This document shows, one piece after another, positions 38,188 to 46,894 of a stretch of DNA of 64,000 bases. Positions within the stretch are counted from its first letter, which is position 1. Every line of letters starts with the position of its first letter. Source of the stretch: Parcubacteria group bacterium GW2011_GWA2_47_26 (GTDB taxonomy: Bacteria > Patescibacteriota > Patescibacteriia > GWA2-47-26); assembly GCA_001001705.1 (NCBI GenBank), contig LCOG01000002.1, positions 20,056 through 84,055 of the forward strand, in the 5' to 3' direction. The translations under genes and the position numbers were made by a program. Under the pieces are notes generated by a model. That model was not told the DNA's origin, searched no databases, and saw nothing but the letters and a program-made list of their open reading frames with translations.

Positions 38188-39405
38188 CTACCGTAAATTA
38201 ACCCTATACAACTGCCCGGAAATGCTGTCTGTAAAATAGAGAATCCGTTCGTCGTCAGATACAACAATATTATTGATGGTGTGATCTTCAGAAGGAATCG
38301 CGATTAAAGAGCGCTCGCCGGTGCGAAGATTTACGCGATAAAGATTGTCCGGGGTATTGCCGACTGCAGTCGGATACAAGCCGGCTCCGCGGGGAAGTTC
38401 AGTCGGTACGGCGCAATAGATTATTTCATCGGATCCAAAAGTGCATTTATCCACCCAAGTGTTAAGTCCGAGCGGGGTTTTGCCTTGCCCAATAGTGTCC
38501 GGCGTGGCCCCTGCAATCCAAAGCAAGGGTTTCCAATCCTCATCTCCGGAGGTAGCCGAGTAGAGTAGGCGCTCCCCGTCGGGCGAAAAGCGTCCGCGGA
38601 AACCAATGCCATTGGCGACCAAAGCGGGAAAATTTTCGCCTTGCTTTCCAACCATGAGTATTTCTTGTTCATTAAGCCCGCGCGGCGTACCCGTGCGCGA
38701 GAAGGCAATGATTTGGTCATTAGGCGACCAAGCTACCTGCACTTTATCAGCATTATTGCCCAAAGGTTCAATCGGCCTGGTACCCGAGCCGTCATTATTA
38801 GCGGTAGCCAGCCACCTGGAATCCTCATCAATACCAACAGACAAAAACGCCAAAGCCTCCGAGCGGGGAGAAAAATTAAATTGTTGCCAGTGGCTGGGAA
38901 GGGTCGTAGCCCGTTCAGTTTCAAAATTATATACGATATTTGATCCGTCAGGATATTCAAGCACAGCCTGATTGCGGTCCGGCGCCCAAGTAACATTGGA
39001 GACATTAAAGAACACGCGATCCGAAAGCGGCTCCAAAGTCCCATCAGGTCGGATGCGGTAGAACTTGCCGTCAGAACGATTGTAGTAGTTTACCGAGGAG
39101 CCGTCCGATGATATAGACGGCGTCAGTGTGGCAAAGGTGGTAAGCGCGGTGGTCTGCGTTAGTCCGCCTGTGGCAAGGGGTGAAGGCTGGAGTGTCGCGG
39201 CAGGTGTAACAACAGTTGGACGAGGTGGAGCAGGCAAGGCCGGAGGAAGCCCTACAGTAGGCGGCACAGCGGGCGGAACTGCTTCCGGTGCCGCCGGCGG
39301 CGCTATGATTGGTCTAAAAAAGAACCACCAAATGCCAAAGCCAATCGCGGTAGAGATAATTATAAAGCCTATGATGAGGATGATGCGTTTAATGCGTTCT
39401 TGCAT
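38188..39405 (-). CDS. Membrane-anchored TolB-like beta-propeller (PD40/WD40-like) protein with Pro/Ala-rich linker
   Basis: N-terminal TM, PAAPEAVPPAVPP linker, repeated SPDG/SPND beta-propeller blades. Confidence 0.5.
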   Translation of the reverse strand: MQERIKRIILIIGFIIISTAIGFGIWWFFFRPIIAPPAAPEAVPPAVPPTVGLPPALPAPPRPTVVTPAATLQPSPLATGGLTQTTALTTFATLTPSISSDGSSVNYYNRSDGKFYRIRPDGTLEPLSDRVFFNVSNVTWAPDRNQAVLEYPDGSNIVYNFETERATTLPSHWQQFNFSPRSEALAFLSVGIDEDSRWLATANNDGSGTRPIEPLGNNADKVQVAWSPNDQIIAFSRTGTPRGLNEQEILMVGKQGENFPALVANGIGFRGRFSPDGERLLYSATSGDEDWKPLLWIAGATPDTIGQGKTPLGLNTWVDKCTFGSDEIIYCAVPTELPRGAGLYPTAVGNTPDNLYRVNLRTGERSLIAIPSEDHTINNIVVSDDERILYFTDSISGQLYRVNLR

Positions 39406-39443
39406 ATTCGTCTCTATTATATTTTAACCGATTTAAGACGAAA

Positions 39444-40124
39444 TTAGAAATTACAGTCTATGCCAATTTTATAACGAGTAATATATTTGAGCGTTCCACT
39501 TACAGAAATGTCGGATTCACACAAAACAGCGATTGAAGCGGCGATAACCAAAATAGTTCCTAGGACAAATAAACCAATTCCCATAATCAATAAAAAGCGG
39601 TACAATTGCGGCGGTAATTTTATAAGTCCAAATAATTCTTTGGGTTTGTCAGCGCCTTGAAATGATTGCAAGATAGGGAGGCGTACGCCTTCTCCGCCAT
39701 GAGCCGATTCTGTTTGTGGTTTTTTTGTGCCAAGTTCTTTATGAATTGCTTTAGCTTCGCTGGAAGCGGCAACTTCTTCTCGTCTGGCTGCTAAACGAGC
39801 GGCCAGCTCTAGTGGAACGCGTATCACTTTGATTATTATGCGAGCAAGAGCAAAAAGCAAACGAAAGACAATTCCGATCCAAGGAATAGCGCCCAAGAGT
39901 GTCCCGCAACCTTTAGCCAATAGCTCGCCCTTTTTCATTATGCCGACCGAGACAGAGGGAGTCTCGGCAGTTTCCCTTTCATGCGCGCGTTTAGCTTGCT
40001 CTTCCAGGGCCTTGGCTCGTTTTTTTTTCATCTGCTGGCTTTCTTTTTCAAATTCAACTTGCCGATCCTGCTCATCCACCGATTCTTGTTCGTCATTCTC
40101 TGAAACTTGTAGAATCCAGAACAT
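39444..40124 (-). CDS. Hypothetical membrane protein with acidic N-terminus
   Basis: ORF with several hydrophobic helices. Confidence 0.5.
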   Translation of the reverse strand: MFWILQVSENDEQESVDEQDRQVEFEKESQQMKKKRAKALEEQAKRAHERETAETPSVSVGIMKKGELLAKGCGTLLGAIPWIGIVFRLLFALARIIIKVIRVPLELAARLAARREEVAASSEAKAIHKELGTKKPQTESAHGGEGVRLPILQSFQGADKPKELFGLIKLPPQLYRFLLIMGIGLFVLGTILVIAASIAVLCESDISVSGTLKYITRYKIGIDCNF

Positions 40125-40140
40125 AGTTTTTATTTAGTTC

Positions 40141-40228
40141 TCCCCCTTAGGTTAAGGGGGAGTGAAAGGGGGTTACGAGACGCTCATAACCCTCCCCAGC
40201 CCTCCCTTAACTTAAGGGAGGGAGAAAG
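40141..40228. repeat. Family E double unit, intergenic upstream of htpX
   Basis: TCCCCCTTAGGTTAAGGGGGAGTGAAAGGGGGTTACGAG...CATAACCCTCCCCAGCCCTCCCTTAACTTAAGGGAGGGAG. Confidence 0.7.
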
Positions 40229-40234
40229 ATTCAC

Positions 40235-41119
40235 CTATGCCATCGATCTCAACACCTTTATTCTATCTCCAATCGGCGGATGCGTGGAAAAAAGAGTAGT
40301 CAGCCATTTGCGCGTGCCACCAAAAGGATTGGCAATATAAAGATGGGCCGTAGCTTCATTGGCGCGGGCAAGCGGCCGGTTTTCACGGCCAATTTTTTCT
40401 AGCGCACGCGCCAGTCCTTCCGGAAAGCGCGTCATAAGCGCACCAGACGCGTCCGCCAGATATTCGCGTCGGCGCGAAACAGCAAATTGTATAAGCTGCG
40501 CGATAAGCGGCGCTAAAATCATGAGAACAATGCCGACTACTAGTAGCATGGGGTGTAGACCACGATCCCGATCATCCCGGCGGCCGCCAAAGAGGTGCGC
40601 ACGGAGCATCCAATTTGATAGCAGGGCGATGATTCCCACAAGCACAATCACCATCGTCATAATGCGAATGTCATAATTTTTTATGTGTGACAGCTCATGG
40701 GCAAGTACCCCTTCCAATTCCTCATTTTCCAGTTTTTCAATTGCGCCGGTGGTAACCGCGATTGAGGCATGTTTGGGATCTCGGCCAGTCGCAAAAGCGT
40801 TTATCGCGGGGTCTTGGATTATATGCAGGTGCGGCATGGGCATTCCCTGTGAAATGCAAAGATTTTCTATCATACGCCAAAGATACGCGTTTTGTTCTTT
40901 GTTTATTTGCTTGGCTCCCGAAACCGCAAGTGCGAGCTTATCGCCCTTATAGTATGAAATGAGCGCCATGAAAAACGATATAAAAGCCGCAAATACAAGC
41001 CCGCCCGAGCCATGACCGTATAGATAATCGTAAAGATACCCAAGGCCGAGCACTACGGCGACAAAGATTATAATAAGCGCCCATGTCCTGCGCTTATTGG
41101 CCGTGATTTGATTGTACAT
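40235..41119 (-). CDS. htpX: Zinc metalloprotease HtpX (M48 family)
   Basis: HELSH motif, TM topology. Confidence 0.85.
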   Translation of the reverse strand: MYNQITANKRRTWALIIIFVAVVLGLGYLYDYLYGHGSGGLVFAAFISFFMALISYYKGDKLALAVSGAKQINKEQNAYLWRMIENLCISQGMPMPHLHIIQDPAINAFATGRDPKHASIAVTTGAIEKLENEELEGVLAHELSHIKNYDIRIMTMVIVLVGIIALLSNWMLRAHLFGGRRDDRDRGLHPMLLVVGIVLMILAPLIAQLIQFAVSRRREYLADASGALMTRFPEGLARALEKIGRENRPLARANEATAHLYIANPFGGTRKWLTTLFSTHPPIGDRIKVLRSMA

Positions 41120-41204
41120 ACCTGTTTTGAATCACTAAGCGAATCAAACTAATTTTGTTCGAATGATTCGTTTATCATTAGTGCGAATTCGCTTAGCGAT
41201 CAAT

Positions 41205-41762
41205 TTAGAATTTCACCTTTACCGCTTCTCTCATTCTAGCCTCTTCTACCTCAAAAAATTCTCGTGCTGTAAAACTAAACATACCTGCTACTATATTAGA
41301 AGGGAAGCTCTGGATCCGGGTGTTTAAGTCCATGACATTTTGATTGTAGAAACGTCGGGCCGCTTGGATTTTATTTTCCGTGTCAGAAAGCTCATCTTGG
41401 AGTTGTAGGAAGTTCTGCGAGGCCTTTAGATCCGGATAGTTTTCCGCGACTGCGAATAGCGATTTAAGAGTTTCCGTAAGCATGTTTTCCGCTTTGGCAT
41501 GCTCGGCCATGGTTCGGGCTCCCATTGCCGCGGTGCGCGCGGCTGTGACTTTCTCCAAAGTTTCCCGCTCATGGGTCATATAGCCCTTGACTGATTCAAC
41601 TAGATTGGGGATAAGGTCGTACCGCCGCTTTAATTGTACATCAATATCGGACCATGACTCTTGCGCGCGGTTGCGGCGGACAATTAACCCGTTGTAGGTG
41701 GCAATAAGCCAAAGAATTAAGAGAGCCGCGGCGACAATAATAATCCAAGCGTAAGTAGGCAT
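41205..41762 (-). CDS. lemA: LemA family protein (ORF track extends to 41954; likely start at 41762)
   Basis: N-terminal [20 protein letters not shown] then LemA core; LemA-HtpX pairing is common. Confidence 0.75.
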   Translation of the reverse strand: MPTYAWIIIVAAALLILWLIATYNGLIVRRNRAQESWSDIDVQLKRRYDLIPNLVESVKGYMTHERETLEKVTAARTAAMGARTMAEHAKAENMLTETLKSLFAVAENYPDLKASQNFLQLQDELSDTENKIQAARRFYNQNVMDLNTRIQSFPSNIVAGMFSFTAREFFEVEEARMREAVKVKF

Positions 41763-41835
41763 ATGTTTGATAGTTGTTAAGTTTATGCATATATTGTACA
41801 ATAATATACCTAATAAACGCAACCACAACTTTAAT

Positions 41836-43227
41836 ATGCGTCTTGAGCCAACAATGTTTAGAAAATACGATATCCGCGGCCGGGTCTCCGATGCGGAATT
41901 TAACGAAAAAAGCGTGGAGGCTATCGCGAAAGGCTTTGGAACCATGTTGCGCAAAAGGGGAGTAGAAACTTGCGTTTGCGCTTATGATAATCGAGCCTAT
42001 TCCAAAGGGTTGACCGAAGTAGCCATGGCCGGTCTCGCTTCAACTGGTGTGTCCGTACGCAATATTGGCCTGGCCACTGTGCCAGTGGCGTACTGGGCCC
42101 AATACTTTTTAAAGATCAAGGGGGTATGTATGGGCACAGCTTCGCATAATCCCAATGGCTGGTTTGGGTTAAAACTGGGTTTTGATTATACCTCTACTCT
42201 TGTGGAAGAGGAGATTCGCGAGCTATATAGCATTATTGAGCGCGAAGAATTTCAAGTTGGTCAGGGCGCGATTGAAACTGTGGATGGCGTGATCGAGGCC
42301 TATCAGGAAGATGTGGTCGGCCGTGCCACTTTGCACCGCCCTCTGACAGTCGTAGTAAATTGCGGAAACGGCACAGCCGGCCCTATCAATGTTCCAGTCT
42401 TAGAAAAGCTAGGTGTCAAAGTCATCGGACAATTTATTGAGTCTGATCCGACCTTTCCTAATCATGAGCCTAATCCGAGTTTAGTGGAGTTTCAACGCGC
42501 GCTTTCTTCTAAAGTGCTGGAAACCAAAGCGGATTTAGGAATCGGCTTTGATGCCGATGGAGACCGCCTAGGCTTGATTGATAATTTAGGCCAATCATTT
42601 TTTTCAGATAAAGCTTTTATTCTGCTCACGCGTCTGGCTTTGGAAAAAGAACCAGGCGCTAAAATAGTCTTTGATGTCAAAAGCACGCAAGCTTTGATTG
42701 ATGACATAAAAGCCCATGGCGGCGTGCCAGTCATGTGGAAAACAGGCCATTCGTTTATCAAGGCCAAAGCCAAAGAAGTTGACGCGGCGCTCGGAGGGGA
42801 ACGCAGTGGGCATATTTTTGTGCGGCGCGGTTATTATGGCTATGATGATGCGCTTATGGCCGCTTTGAAATTTTTGGAATATGTAAGCGGACAATCCAAG
42901 ACTGTGGCGGAGCTACACGACGAGGTTTCCACTTATGCGGCTTCGCCGGAAATTAAAGCGCATTGCGCCGATGAAATCAAGGAACAAGTGGTAGCGCGCA
43001 TCGTGCAAGAATTAAAACAGGAGTTTGGGCCAGAGCGCGTCATAGATATTGATGGCGCAAGAGTAGATTTTGGAGACGGCTGGGGGCTGGTGCGCTATTC
43101 TTCCAACCTACCCGAGTTGGTACTCGTGTTTGAGGCTAAGACCAAAGAGCGGATGCGGGAAATCAAGGAATTATTTCGCGCGCGATTGCAAAAGCACCCG
43201 GAAGTCGGCCCATTTGAGAACGAATAA
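41836..43227 (+). CDS. Phosphoglucomutase/phosphomannomutase (alpha-D-phosphohexomutase family)
   Basis: Active-site GTASHNP, Mg-binding FDADGDR, sugar-binding GERSGH. Confidence 0.85.
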   Translation: MRLEPTMFRKYDIRGRVSDAEFNEKSVEAIAKGFGTMLRKRGVETCVCAYDNRAYSKGLTEVAMAGLASTGVSVRNIGLATVPVAYWAQYFLKIKGVCMGTASHNPNGWFGLKLGFDYTSTLVEEEIRELYSIIEREEFQVGQGAIETVDGVIEAYQEDVVGRATLHRPLTVVVNCGNGTAGPINVPVLEKLGVKVIGQFIESDPTFPNHEPNPSLVEFQRALSSKVLETKADLGIGFDADGDRLGLIDNLGQSFFSDKAFILLTRLALEKEPGAKIVFDVKSTQALIDDIKAHGGVPVMWKTGHSFIKAKAKEVDAALGGERSGHIFVRRGYYGYDDALMAALKFLEYVSGQSKTVAELHDEVSTYAASPEIKAHCADEIKEQVVARIVQELKQEFGPERVIDIDGARVDFGDGWGLVRYSSNLPELVLVFEAKTKERMREIKELFRARLQKHPEVGPFENE

Positions 43228-43303
43228 GTCTCCAATCACTAAGCGAATGTTGGCGAATGATGAACGAATAGCGCATTAGCTCTGATTAGTTTTAATTAGT
43301 TCA

Positions 43304-44140
43304 GTGATTTGTGAGAATATGACCATTGGCATTTTTGATTCAGGGCTGGGTGGGCTTACAGTAGCAAAAGAGATCATGCGGGTTTTACCCGTGCAGAAGA
43401 TCGTTTATTTTGGCGATACTGCCCGTGCGCCTTATGGCGGTAAAAGCCCGCAGGAGGTTGCCAAGTACGCCCTGGAAAATACGCAATTTTTGCTCAAGAA
43501 AAAAGCTAAGACGATTGTTATAGGTTGTAATACCGCTTCAGCCGTGGCCGGGGAGATTCTGCGCAAGAAATTTTCAGATGTTCCAATTCTTGAAGTTATA
43601 ACCCCCGCAGTGCGAGAGGCTTTGAGACTTACACGAACTGGTAGGGTTGGCGTTATCGGTACGCGCACTACAATTCAAAGCGGCGCATATCAACGCTGGT
43701 GTTCTATTTATACGCGAGCCTGTCCTTTATTTGTTCCACTGGTTGAAGCTGGTCACCTTGATCATCCGGCAACACAAAATGTAGCTTACCGGTATTTAAA
43801 ACCATTGAAAGACGCGCGTATTGATACCCTGATTCTTGGCTGTACGCATTATCCCTTTCTAAAATCCGTTATCTCGCGTATTATGGGTAGTAATGTACAA
43901 CTGGTAGATTCCGCGCAGACAGTGGCAAAGGAAGTTGTTGCGTTCATAACCCCTCCCACCTCCCCTTATCTTAAGGGGAGGAGTCTAGTTGGTTCCTCTC
44001 TTAAGTTAAGAGGGGCAGGGGGAGTTATGAAAGTGCCAAAACACGAGTTCTACGTGAGTCAAATTACGCCCAAATTCCGTGAGCTTGCGGAAAAATGGCT
44101 AGGGCAAGAGATAATGCTTAAGATTGCTAAGAGAGTGTAG
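43304..44140 (+). CDS. murI: Glutamate racemase MurI (in-frame family E element near C-terminus)
   Basis: IGIFDSGLGGLTV, GDTARAPYG, GCTHYP motifs. Confidence 0.9.
   Translation: MICENMTIGIFDSGLGGLTVAKEIMRVLPVQKIVYFGDTARAPYGGKSPQEVAKYALENTQFLLKKKAKTIVIGCNTASAVAGEILRKKFSDVPILEVITPAVREALRLTRTGRVGVIGTRTTIQSGAYQRWCSIYTRACPLFVPLVEAGHLDHPATQNVAYRYLKPLKDARIDTLILGCTHYPFLKSVISRIMGSNVQLVDSAQTVAKEVVAFITPPTSPYLKGRSLVGSSLKLRGAGGVMKVPKHEFYVSQITPKFRELAEKWLGQEIMLKIAKRV
43945..44034. repeat. Family E double unit within murI
   Basis: CATAACCCCTCCCACCTCCCCTTATCTTAAGGGGAGGAG...CCTCTCTTAAGTTAAGAGGGGCAGGGGGAGTTATGAAAGTG. Confidence 0.8.
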
Positions 44141-44218
44141 TCCATACGAAAGTACGAAATATTACGAAAGATACGAAAAATTTTCGTATCTTTCGTAGCG
44201 CAGTTTTCGTAATTTCGT

Positions 44219-45544
44219 ATGATTACTCTATTTATCTTTCTCGCCGTTCTATCTGTCCTTGTTTTTGTCCACGAATTTGGACATTTTTTTGTGGCAAAAA
44301 AGGCCCGATTGCGTGTTGATGAGTTTGGCATAGGTTTTCCTCCGCGGCTTATTGGAATCCGTAAAAAAAATGTCATCCTGAGGGAGTCCCGCGCCTGCGG
44401 GACGACGAAGGATACCGCACATAAAAGAACGGGATTCTTCACTGCGTTCAGAATGACGAATTGGGAGGTTGTTTGGGGCCACCCCGTTAGAGGTAAGACG
44501 CCAGAGGCGTCTGCCGATGCCCTCGGGCATCGGACCTCTAACGGGGTTGACCCGCACGCGGGCGGAACGCTTTATTCTATCAACCTGTTTCCTTTCGGCG
44601 GTTTTGTGAGAATCAAGGGAGAGTCTGGAAATGAGCGACTGGATCAGGATAGTTTTGCCAGCCGCGGCGCCGGAGTCAGAATTATGATTGCCGCGGCCGG
44701 AGTATTGATGAACGCGCTTTTGGCAGTGGTGCTCATTGCCGCGGGTTATAGACTAGGCTTTCCCCAAGCTATCTCGGATCAACCGTCAAAGTACGCGCAA
44801 ATCTCTGATCAGCATATTGAAGTCATGGGAGTCTTGCCAGATAGTCCCGCGGCGCAATCCGGTCTTAATGTTGGCGATCGTATTTTGGCAGTCGGTGTAG
44901 CGTCAGAGACAGCCGCTTTGCGTGAGCTTCAGAACTCCGAGGACTTTCGCAATGTTACAAAGGAGTTAGTCGGAGAGTCGGTAACGCTTGTTGTTGAATC
45001 TGATAAAGTGCGGCGAGAAATTCAAGTGACCCCTAAAATTTTAGAGCAAACTGGCAAGGCCGGAATAGGCGTGGCTATCGTTGATGCCGCAATAGTCCGC
45101 TATCCTTTATGGGTGGCATTGCCCAAAGCTTTTGAAACCGTGGGGATTTTAGCGAAAACGATTGTCGTAGCTTTTGCCGATATTGTCCGCGATGCTCTGC
45201 TTGGTCGGCCAGTTACGGCTGAACTGGCTGGTCCGGTTGGTATTGCCGTACTCACTGGTCAGGCCGCACGCATGGGTTTTGTATTTTTATTGCAATTTAT
45301 TGCGATCCTGTCCATTAACTTGGCCATTCTTAATGTTCTGCCGATTCCCGCGCTGGATGGCGGCCGCATCCTGTTTATTCTGATTGAAAAGCTAAGGCGT
45401 CGTCCTGTCGCGGTAAAAGTGGAAATGATGATTCAGCAGATCAGTTTTGTTTTGCTTCTGCTCCTGATTATTTTTGTGACCTATCGCGATCTCGGCCGCT
45501 ACGGCGGACGAATTACTGAATTTTTTAAGAACATGGTACAATAG
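44219..45544 (+). CDS. rseP: RseP-like site-2 protease (M50) with PDZ domain; adjacent in-frame family A and family C elements inside the first loop
   Basis: HEFGHF zinc motif, PDZ GLNVGDRILAVG, LDGG motif. Confidence 0.9.
   Translation: MITLFIFLAVLSVLVFVHEFGHFFVAKKARLRVDEFGIGFPPRLIGIRKKNVILRESRACGTTKDTAHKRTGFFTAFRMTNWEVVWGHPVRGKTPEASADALGHRTSNGVDPHAGGTLYSINLFPFGGFVRIKGESGNERLDQDSFASRGAGVRIMIAAAGVLMNALLAVVLIAAGYRLGFPQAISDQPSKYAQISDQHIEVMGVLPDSPAAQSGLNVGDRILAVGVASETAALRELQNSEDFRNVTKELVGESVTLVVESDKVRREIQVTPKILEQTGKAGIGVAIVDAAIVRYPLWVALPKAFETVGILAKTIVVAFADIVRDALLGRPVTAELAGPVGIAVLTGQAARMGFVFLLQFIAILSINLAILNVLPIPALDGGRILFILIEKLRRRPVAVKVEMMIQQISFVLLLLLIIFVTYRDLGRYGGRITEFFKNMVQ
44372..44457. repeat. 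Family A element within rseP (GAGGAGTCCCGC subfamily)
   Basis: GTCATCCTGAGGGAGTCCCGCGCCTGCGGGACGACGAAGGAT...GGGATTCTTCACTGCGTTCAGAATGAC. Confidence 0.8.
44478..44550. repeat. Family C-like element within rseP, directly after the family A copy
   Basis: CCACCCCGTTAGAGGTAAGACGCCAGAGGCGTCTGCCGATGCCCTCGGGCATCGGACCTCTAACGGGGTTGACC. Confidence 0.7.
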
Positions 45545-45576
45545 AATAACCATGAACCCATAGCAGGTTTTTCCGT

Positions 45577-45654
45577 TGTCATTCTGAGCGAAGCGAAGAA
45601 TCCCGTGGAAAATGAACGGGATCCTTCACTACGCTACGCTCCGTTCAGGATGAC
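45577..45654. repeat. Family A element, intergenic rseP-pheS
   Basis: GTCATTCTGAGCGAAGCGAAGAATCCCGTGG...GGGATCCTTCACTACGCTACGCTCCGTTCAGGATGAC. Confidence 0.8.
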
Positions 45655-45687
45655 AAAAAAGATTAAAGGAAATCCATCGCCAGTTTT

Positions 45688-46821
45688 ATGGAGCTATCTA
45701 AATTAAAAGATAAAGCTCTGCGCGACATTGCGAAAATAGATAGTGTTGAGCGGCTGGAGGCATTGCGCATTCACTATCTTGGCCGCAAAGGAGAAGTGAC
45801 CAAACTTTTTACAACCCTGCCTAAATTAAACGAGGAGGAGCGCAAAATACGCGGGCAAGAGTTGAATGTGCTCAAGCGGGAGATTGAAAAAGTGCTATTG
45901 GCACGTGGCAAAACCCTAGAGCATGAGAAATTAGGCACGCTTGTCAAGGCCGAAAAATTGGATGTGACGCTTCCGGGTGCGCGGCCGTCGCTCGGGCATC
46001 TGCATATTACAAGTCAAGCCATAGAAGAGATCAGCCGTATTTTTGCGCAAATTGGTTTTAACCGCGTGCGCTATCCTGAAATTGACTGGGATTATTATGC
46101 GTTTGAAAGTTTAAATATGCCCAAAGGGCATCCCGCGCGCGATGAGTGGGAGACGTTTTTCATGCCATGGGAACATCCGCGCTTGGGGCGTATGGTCTTG
46201 ACTCCGCATACATCTAATGGCCAAGTGCGTGAAATGGAGAGGAGAAAGCCGCCAATTCGCATGACCAATATTGCGAAATGCTATCGCCGCCAGTCCGATA
46301 TATCGCACGTGCCCATGTTTCATCAATTTGAAGGTTTGCTTGTAGATCGCGCGGTGTCCGTGGCTAACTTAAAGGGTACTCTTGATTACTTTGCGTGCGC
46401 GTTTTTTGGTCCGGATCGCAAAATCCGTTTGCGGCCATTTCATTTTCGTTTCACAGAACCGTCATTTGAGGTGGATGTATCGTGCGGCGTGTGCGGTGGA
46501 ACCGGATTTGTTTTTAACCCCTCCCAACCTCCCCTTAACCTAAGGGGAGAAGAGCAATCGGAACCCCCTCTTAGATTAAGAGGGGGCGTGGGGGAGTTAC
46601 AAGAGCGGTGTAGACTTTGCAAATCCGGCTGGCTTGAGCTGGGCGGCGCTGGCATGGTGCATCCCAATGTGTTAAAAGCTGGCGGGCTTGATCCTAAAGA
46701 GTGGCGCGGTTTTGCGTTTGGCTGGGGTGTGGAGCGCACTTATATGATGAAAGCGGGATTGAGGATAGATGACATTCGGGTTTTGTATAGCAATGACTTG
46801 AGTTTTTTAGAACAATTCTGA
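45688..46821 (+). CDS. pheS: Phenylalanyl-tRNA synthetase alpha subunit (in-frame family E element)
   Basis: Class II aaRS motifs 2 and 3 (FRFTEPSFEVDV, GFAFGWGVERT). Confidence 0.9.
   Translation: MELSKLKDKALRDIAKIDSVERLEALRIHYLGRKGEVTKLFTTLPKLNEEERKIRGQELNVLKREIEKVLLARGKTLEHEKLGTLVKAEKLDVTLPGARPSLGHLHITSQAIEEISRIFAQIGFNRVRYPEIDWDYYAFESLNMPKGHPARDEWETFFMPWEHPRLGRMVLTPHTSNGQVREMERRKPPIRMTNIAKCYRRQSDISHVPMFHQFEGLLVDRAVSVANLKGTLDYFACAFFGPDRKIRLRPFHFRFTEPSFEVDVSCGVCGGTGFVFNPSQPPLNLRGEEQSEPPLRLRGGVGELQERCRLCKSGWLELGGAGMVHPNVLKAGGLDPKEWRGFAFGWGVERTYMMKAGLRIDDIRVLYSNDLSFLEQF
46516..46602. repeat. Family E double unit within pheS
   Basis: AACCCCTCCCAACCTCCCCTTAACCTAAGGGGAGAAG...CCCCCTCTTAGATTAAGAGGGGGCGTGGGGGAGTTACAAGAG. 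Confidence 0.8.
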
Positions 46822-46828
46822 CACAAAG

Positions 46829-46884
46829 TGTCATCCCCGACCGCGATCGGGGATCCGTGGATTTCCGCTTTCGCGGGAATGACA
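46829..46884. repeat. Family A-like short element, intergenic pheS-pheT
   Basis: GTCATCCCCGACCGCGATCGGGGATCCGTGGATTTCCGCTTTCGCGGGAATGAC. Confidence 0.6.
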
Positions 46885-46894
46885 ATAAAGAATT

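Noticed and set aside
41205-41954. Full 249-aa extent of the lemA ORF overlapping the divergent phosphohexomutase start
   Set aside because: The 64-codon N-terminal extension is not LemA-like and would overlap the divergent gene's promoter and start. The TM helix beginning MPTYAW at 41762 is the conventional LemA N-terminus.
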